NCBI GenBank assembly: GCA_965267575.1
Contig: OZ254086.1
Location: forward strand, 1,696,001 to 1,760,000
Direction of reading: 5' to 3'
Source of the DNA: Calditrichales bacterium
Lineage (GTDB): Bacteria; Calditrichota; Calditrichia; Calditrichales; J004
DNA length: 64,000 nt
Position 1 is the first letter of the stretch; each line of letters begins with the position of its first letter. Shown here piece after piece: positions 58,786 to 64,000 of this stretch. The notes beneath the pieces are model-generated. The model worked only from the letters and a program-made list of their open reading frames with translations. It was not told the DNA's origin and searched no databases. The position numbers and the translations under genes were made by a program.

Positions 58786-61401
58786 ATGTTTAGAGCTACA
58801 ATTATAGCGTTACTTTTTTGCGCATCGCTTTCGTTTGCCCAGACCGGCGAAATTGCGGGGATGGTAACCGATGAAGACGGCGGTCCGCTTACCGGCGCCA
58901 ACGTTTTTATTGAAGGTACAACCATGGGTGCATCTACCGACCTCAACGGAGAATATGTAATTCTGAATGTACCCGAGGGCGAATTTACACTGATGATAGA
59001 TTATGTAGGATACCAGGCGGAAGAGGCCACGGTTTCCGTGCTACCGGGGGAGACAACCCAGCAAGATTTTGTCCTTCAATCGGACATGCTGAATATGAGC
59101 GCGGTAGTGGTTACCGGTACGGCTACACCCAAGAAAAAGCTGGAATCCAGCGTGGCTATTACCACGGTTGATCCCCTGAAGATTGAGCGCATGGCGCCGC
59201 GCAATACGGCAGACCTGCTCAAAGCTATCCCGGGCTTTTATGTCGAAAGCTCCGGCGGTGAAGGGGGCAATAACCTCTTTACGCGCGGTATTCCGGCGGA
59301 CGGCAGTTTCCGCTATGTTTCCGTACAGGAAGACGGCATGCCGGTTTTTGCCGCACCCGAATGTATGTTTTTCAACATAGACCTTGCAGTAAGGCTGGAT
59401 GAAAATATCGAGCGCATGGAAAGTGTCCGTGGCGGCTCCGGTTCCATTTTTGCCAGCAATGCCGCGGGCGGAATTATCAACTACATCAGCAAGACGGGCG
59501 GTTCGGAGTTTGACGGAAATGTTAAATTTTCCGCCGGTGATTACGGTATGTTCCGTACCGACCTGGAATTTGGCGGCCCTATTTCCGAAAGCCTGCGCTA
59601 TCATGTGGGTGGTTTCTACCGCACGGACCAGGGTATTCGTCCGACAGGCTTTACTGCCAACAACGGCGGCCAGCTCAAAGCAAACCTGACCTACCTGATG
59701 GACCGCGGCCATGTCCGCCTTTACGGAAAATATCTCAATGACAGAAACGTATTTTACCTGCCGATTCCTCTAACGGGTTTGGATGAAGAGCTGTCCGGCT
59801 TTGATGCCAACTATGGCACCATGACCAGTCAGGATCTGTTCTATCTGAACGTGCGCAAGCCCGAGGGACGCGGATACCAGGAGCAGCACCTGGACCGTGG
59901 TATGAATCCTGAGCTAACTACATTTGGCGGTGAGCTTAATTATGCTTTAACGGATAATATTACCGTTCGCGAAAAGTTCAAGCGCAGTGTACTTGATCAT
60001 CAGTTCAACGCCATTTTCTCGCTGAACGATCCTATGACAGCTGAAGGCTACGCGGCGGATAAGGGTATTGCGGATCCCATGTGGAGTTACGCCCGCGGCG
60101 GCAATATCGGTGGTAACGCAGCCATGCAAAATCTCAACGGCAACGGGCTGGTTGTGGAAGTCGGCTGGTGGGCCGTTACCATGCCCATGCAGGACTTTAT
60201 AAACGATCTATCTTTTAATATTGATATTGCTGATCATAGCCTTACGATCGGCCATTATTTCGGCCATGACAAGCAGGAAGGCCATTGGTGGTGGCACAAC
60301 GTGTTGACCGAAGTTGGTGAGGACCCGATGGCCCTGGACCTTGTTGACGGAAACACGGGTGTTTCGCTGACCGATAATGGTTTTACACGCTATGGATCGA
60401 ATTACCTTAACTACAATTTCTCCAATTTCATAAATGCCGTATATGTAAATGACGAGTTCTCATTTGACGCCTTTACATTTGATATCGGCTTCCGCTATGA
60501 GGTTGGCGATATAAACGGTATGACGGAGAACACCAGCACCTATGATATGGGTGACGCGACCACGATGGCTGATGATAATGTCCTCTACGGAAACGGCAGT
60601 TATCAGACATGGGATTTCGAGTATGATGAATTTGCCTATTCCGCTGGCCTGAACTATAAGCTGAACGATAATCTGGCTGCCTTTGGCCGGATCAGCAATG
60701 GTTTTCGCGCGCCGGATGATAACAATCTGGTATTTGATGCCGCGGCCAGCGCCCGTGTAGAAGATATCTCGCAATATGAAGTCGGTGGTAAATACAACTC
60801 GCCTAACTTGGCTGCATTTGGTACCTTCTTTTACAGTACTCTGAACGACTTCCCCTTCAGCGATGAAGTTGTCGATCCGCAAACCGGTACGGTTTCAGCC
60901 GCTACCCGTTTTGCCGATGCGACGGCCATGGGGCTGGAGCTTGAAGTGATCGGAAAGTACAATGATTTCGGTGTAGATTTCACGGGTACTTTCCAGGATG
61001 TTACCTATCGTGACTACCAATTTACGCAAAGTGGTCAGGATTTTGATTTTGACGGTAACCAGGTGCGTCGTATTCCTCAGATATTCTTCACCTTAACGCC
61101 TTTTTATGAGTTGGGTGACCTGCGTGTAGATTTTACTGTTCAGCACTTTGGCGATCGTTTTACGGATGATGCCAATACGGCAAGCGCAAAGCTGCCTGCA
61201 TTTACGCAGTTCAACGCGGGGGCAGCCTACGATTTTGGTGATTTCACCATTGGCGCCAATGCCGTTAACCTGACCAACGTCATTGGTATCACAGAAGGTA
61301 ACCCGCGTACGGAATCTGTTCAGGCGGGACAAAAAGCCTTCCGGATGGCCCGTCCGATAATGGGACGTACGATTGTTGGATTTATAAGCTATAATTTCTA
61401 A
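58786..61401 (+). CDS. TonB-dependent receptor
   Basis: AGGAGG RBS; N-terminal carboxypeptidase-regulatory-like domain; plug 'ESSGGEGGNN…RG…VRGGSGS…GGIINYIS'; C-terminal 'ISYNF'. Confidence 0.93.
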   Translation: MFRATIIALLFCASLSFAQTGEIAGMVTDEDGGPLTGANVFIEGTTMGASTDLNGEYVILNVPEGEFTLMIDYVGYQAEEATVSVLPGETTQQDFVLQSDMLNMSAVVVTGTATPKKKLESSVAITTVDPLKIERMAPRNTADLLKAIPGFYVESSGGEGGNNLFTRGIPADGSFRYVSVQEDGMPVFAAPECMFFNIDLAVRLDENIERMESVRGGSGSIFASNAAGGIINYISKTGGSEFDGNVKFSAGDYGMFRTDLEFGGPISESLRYHVGGFYRTDQGIRPTGFTANNGGQLKANLTYLMDRGHVRLYGKYLNDRNVFYLPIPLTGLDEELSGFDANYGTMTSQDLFYLNVRKPEGRGYQEQHLDRGMNPELTTFGGELNYALTDNITVREKFKRSVLDHQFNAIFSLNDPMTAEGYAADKGIADPMWSYARGGNIGGNAAMQNLNGNGLVVEVGWWAVTMPMQDFINDLSFNIDIADHSLTIGHYFGHDKQEGHWWWHNVLTEVGEDPMALDLVDGNTGVSLTDNGFTRYGSNYLNYNFSNFINAVYVNDEFSFDAFTFDIGFRYEVGDINGMTENTSTYDMGDATTMADDNVLYGNGSYQTWDFEYDEFAYSAGLNYKLNDNLAAFGRISNGFRAPDDNNLVFDAAASARVEDISQYEVGGKYNSPNLAAFGTFFYSTLNDFPFSDEVVDPQTGTVSAATRFADATAMGLELEVIGKYNDFGVDFTGTFQDVTYRDYQFTQSGQDFDFDGNQVRRIPQIFFTLTPFYELGDLRVDFTVQHFGDRFTDDANTASAKLPAFTQFNAGAAYDFGDFTIGANAVNLTNVIGITEGNPRTESVQAGQKAFRMARPIMGRTIVGFISYNF

Positions 61402-61414
61402 GGTCAGACTCTTG

Positions 61415-61444
61415 GCGGGGCGGTTTTTCCGCCCCGCTTTTTTT
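61415..61444 (+). terminator. Rho-independent terminator between the TBDR and the symporter
   Basis: GCGGGGCGG-TTTTT-CCGCCCCGC followed by T7. Confidence 0.8.
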
Positions 61445-61472
61445 AACTAACCTTCACCATCACGGATAAAAT

Positions 61473-63056
61473 ATGCCACAGTTTTCGCTTGCACCGGTAG
61501 ACCTGATCGTAATCGCTGTCTATTTTGTGTTTGTAATCTGGCTTGGAATCAGCCTGGGTAAGAAACATGAGTCGGCTGAAGACTATTTTCTTGCCGGCCG
61601 TTCAATGATATGGCCGTTTATCGGTATTTCACTCTTTGCGTCCAATATATCCAGCACCACCCTTATTGGCCTGGCCGGTGATGCTTACAGCACCGGGATT
61701 TCCGTTTTCAATTATGAATGGTTTGCGGTTGTTATTCTGATCATTTTTGCCATTTTCTTTTTGCCGTTTATCCTTCAGGCTCGCATTTTCACAATGCCGG
61801 AATTTCTAGAGAAACGTTTTGATGGACGGGCACGCACATATTTTTCCGTGCTAACGCTCTTTTTAAACATAGTGGTGGATACAGCCGGCAGCCTTTATGC
61901 CGGCGGGTTGATGCTGAAGCTGATCTTTCCGGAAATCCCCATGTGGCAGACGATTACAATTCTGGCGGTAGTGGCAGGCGTATATACCATTGCCGGCGGT
62001 CTGGCAGCTGTCATTTATACGGATGCCGCCCAAACCATTTTGCTTCTGATCGGCGCGGTAACCGTTACGATCATGGCCCTGGATAAAATCGGCGGCTGGG
62101 GGAACGTTACCGAGGTTATTCCGGCTGATATGCTTAGCCTGGTACGGCCGCTGGACGACCCCAGTGTACCCTGGCTTGGGCTTATCACCGGGGTACCGCT
62201 TTTGGGCTTTTATTTCTGGTGCACGAATCAATTTATGGTGCAGCGCGTGCTCAGCGCCAAAAACCTGGAGCATGGCCGCTGGGGCAGCCTGCTGGCAGGA
62301 TTGCTAAAGCTTCCCGTTTTATTCATTATGGTGCTGCCAGGCACTATGGCCATTCTTCTTTACCCGGATTTGCCAAAGCCGGACCTCGTTTACCCCACGT
62401 TGATGTTTGATCTGTTGCCGGTTGGGTTATTGGGTCTGGTAATCGCAGGGTTTATCGCAGCGCTTATGTCGCAAATCGATTCAACGCTCAATTCGGCCTC
62501 CACGCTGGTTACGATGGATTTTATCCACAAGTGGCGGCCCAACCTGGACAGCCGCCAGCTTATGAAAACAGGGCGCTGGGTAACATTTGGCTTTATGATC
62601 CTGGCCGCACTTTGGGCGCCGCAGATCGAAAATTTCGGGTCGCTCTTTAAATATTTACAGAAAGTGCTTTCCTACGCCGTCCCGCCGGTGGTGGCCATGT
62701 TTATCGTAGGCGTGCTCTGGAAAAGGGCCAACGCGCAGGGCGCTTTTATTTCGCTGGTTATTGGTGTAATCCTGGGCGCTGTGTTTTTTGTATTTAATGA
62801 GTTACTGGGTATAACAGACGTACATTTTCTCTACATCGCGCCTATCCTGTTTGTCTTAAGCTCCGCCGCTCTGGTTATGGGAAGCCTGATGACCGGGTTA
62901 CCGGCAAAGGAAAAAGTGGAAAATTTTACCTGGTCGCGTGAATTTTATGACAACGAAACCAAAGAGCTGGCCGGCTTGCCCTGGTACAAAAATTTCCGTA
63001 TTCAATCCGTAATACTGTTGGTGGTAACCGCCGTTCTGGTTGTTTCATTCTGGTAA
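61473..63056 (+). CDS. Sodium:solute symporter (SGLT-like)
   Basis: 'DYFLAGRS', 'SLFASNISS', 'TMPEFLEKRF', 'GGLAAVIYTD', 'YFWCTNQFMVQR.L', 'AALMS.IDSTLNS.STL.T.D'. Confidence 0.95.
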   Translation: MPQFSLAPVDLIVIAVYFVFVIWLGISLGKKHESAEDYFLAGRSMIWPFIGISLFASNISSTTLIGLAGDAYSTGISVFNYEWFAVVILIIFAIFFLPFILQARIFTMPEFLEKRFDGRARTYFSVLTLFLNIVVDTAGSLYAGGLMLKLIFPEIPMWQTITILAVVAGVYTIAGGLAAVIYTDAAQTILLLIGAVTVTIMALDKIGGWGNVTEVIPADMLSLVRPLDDPSVPWLGLITGVPLLGFYFWCTNQFMVQRVLSAKNLEHGRWGSLLAGLLKLPVLFIMVLPGTMAILLYPDLPKPDLVYPTLMFDLLPVGLLGLVIAGFIAALMSQIDSTLNSASTLVTMDFIHKWRPNLDSRQLMKTGRWVTFGFMILAALWAPQIENFGSLFKYLQKVLSYAVPPVVAMFIVGVLWKRANAQGAFISLVIGVILGAVFFVFNELLGITDVHFLYIAPILFVLSSAALVMGSLMTGLPAKEKVENFTWSREFYDNETKELAGLPWYKNFRIQSVILLVVTAVLVVSFW

Positions 63057-63062
63057 TTTTTT

Positions 63063-64000
63063 ATGGCTGATTCAGGTATTGCTTACGAAAAAGCATTGGC
63101 CCTGTTAAAACGGGCAGCTACCCCTTTTGGCATTCTGGCCAGCGTGGACGCGCGCGACAATTACCGCCGCGTCTGGGCGCGGGATGGGGTTATTGCCGGC
63201 TTGGCCGGACTGCTCACCGGCGATACGCAGATCCGGCAATCATTTAAGAGCACACTGTTGCTTTTAGTAGAAAATACCGGAGCCCAGGGACAGATTGCGT
63301 CCAACATCGCGCTGGACGAGGGGGGCAACATAAGCAGTATCAGCTATGGCGGCCTTGCCGGTCGCGTGGATGCGATACCGTGGTTTATCATCGGCGTTTG
63401 CCAATACAGAATATTATGCGATGATGCCGAAATTTTTGAGCGCTGCGGTACAGCAATCCGCGCAGGGCTGGCGTTGCTCAAAAGCTGGGAGTATAACAAC
63501 CGCGGCCTGGTCTATGTACCACAGGCGGGCGATTGGGCCGATGAATATATTTTGCACGGCTATGTTTTTTATGACCAGGTACTGCGCTTGTGGGCCACAA
63601 AACTCTATGCCCGTCTCAGCAATGATGCAGAAGCGGCGAAACAGGCGCGAACGATTCAGCAGCTTATTGAAATAAATTTCTGGCCGGAGCAGGGGGCAGA
63701 GCAACCGTTTTACCATCCGGGCGCGGCAGAAAGACTGCTTGCCGGAAAAGGGAAACTCGTGTACCCGCCGGCCGCCCTATCCCCGGGAGGATATTTCCCG
63801 CAGTTCGACGGACTGGGTAGCGCGCTGGCTTTGCTGGCAGGATTATTCACGCCTGAAAAAAGACAATCGCTGATAAATTATATGTTGTCTTTAAAAGGGG
63901 AAGTAAACAGCGCCATGATACCGGCGTTTTGGCCGGCCATAAATAAAGGTGACAGCCTGTGGCCGATGCTTGCCGGCAATTATGCGTTTGAGTTTAAGAA
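63063..64000 (+). CDS. GH100-like / (alpha/alpha)6 glycoside hydrolase, truncated by the window end (not in the ORF track)
   Basis: Hand translation from ATG 63063: 'MADSGIAYEKALALL…DNYRRVWARDG…GQIASN…SYGGLAGRVDA..WF…GDWADEY…YDQVLR'; open to the end of the window. Confidence 0.75.
   Translation, partial: MADSGIAYEKALALLKRAATPFGILASVDARDNYRRVWARDGVIAGLAGLLTGDTQIRQSFKSTLLLLVENTGAQGQIASNIALDEGGNISSISYGGLAGRVDAIPWFIIGVCQYRILCDDAEIFERCGTAIRAGLALLKSWEYNNRGLVYVPQAGDWADEYILHGYVFYDQVLRLWATKLYARLSNDAEAAKQARTIQQLIEINFWPEQGAEQPFYHPGAAERLLAGKGKLVYPPAALSPGGYFPQFDGLGSALALLAGLFTPEKRQSLINYMLSLKGEVNSAMIPAFWPAINKGDSLWPMLAGNYAFEFK

Overview
Gene-dense bacterial chromosomal window with no rRNA, tRNA, CRISPR array, transposase or prophage that I could recognise. 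Many secreted proteins end in T9SS-type C-terminal sorting domains (…YPNPFN…K[LM]xL[IL]K). A PorV-like barrel and TonB-dependent receptors (TBDRs) without SusD are present, along with a chemoreceptor. This suggests an FCB-related non-Bacteroidetes lineage such as Calditrichota or KSB1 (inference only). Layout: (1) porin, mini periplasmic binding protein and chemoreceptor (0.16-4.25 kb). (2) A ~34-kb glycan-utilisation region (4.3-38 kb) with a TBDR/CTD-protein/PorV module, three GHL10 hydrolases, an FAD oxidoreductase with an SLH tail, an orphan hydantoinase-A ATPase plus permease, a NagX-like protein, a GH94 phosphorylase, a phosphohexomutase and NanE. A GlxA regulator/DUF442/YeeE-YeeE/59-aa protein sulfur module interrupts this region. 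(3) An antiporter, PhzF, a propeller LytS/LytTR pair and two hybrid kinases with sigma28-like promoters (38-49 kb). (4) ppk1-ppx-CHAD-ParA. (5) A 2-hydroxyacid dehydrogenase, serC and a degenerate-3D/DUF1460 amidase. (6) TBDR, SSS symporter and a GH100-like gene running off the right edge. The best candidate for an undescribed system is a SusD-independent pathway for a ManNAc-containing, possibly pyruvylated, glycan; this is a hypothesis from gene context. Several spacers are mosaics of shared repeat modules. Family assignments come from motif recognition by eye, with no database searches.
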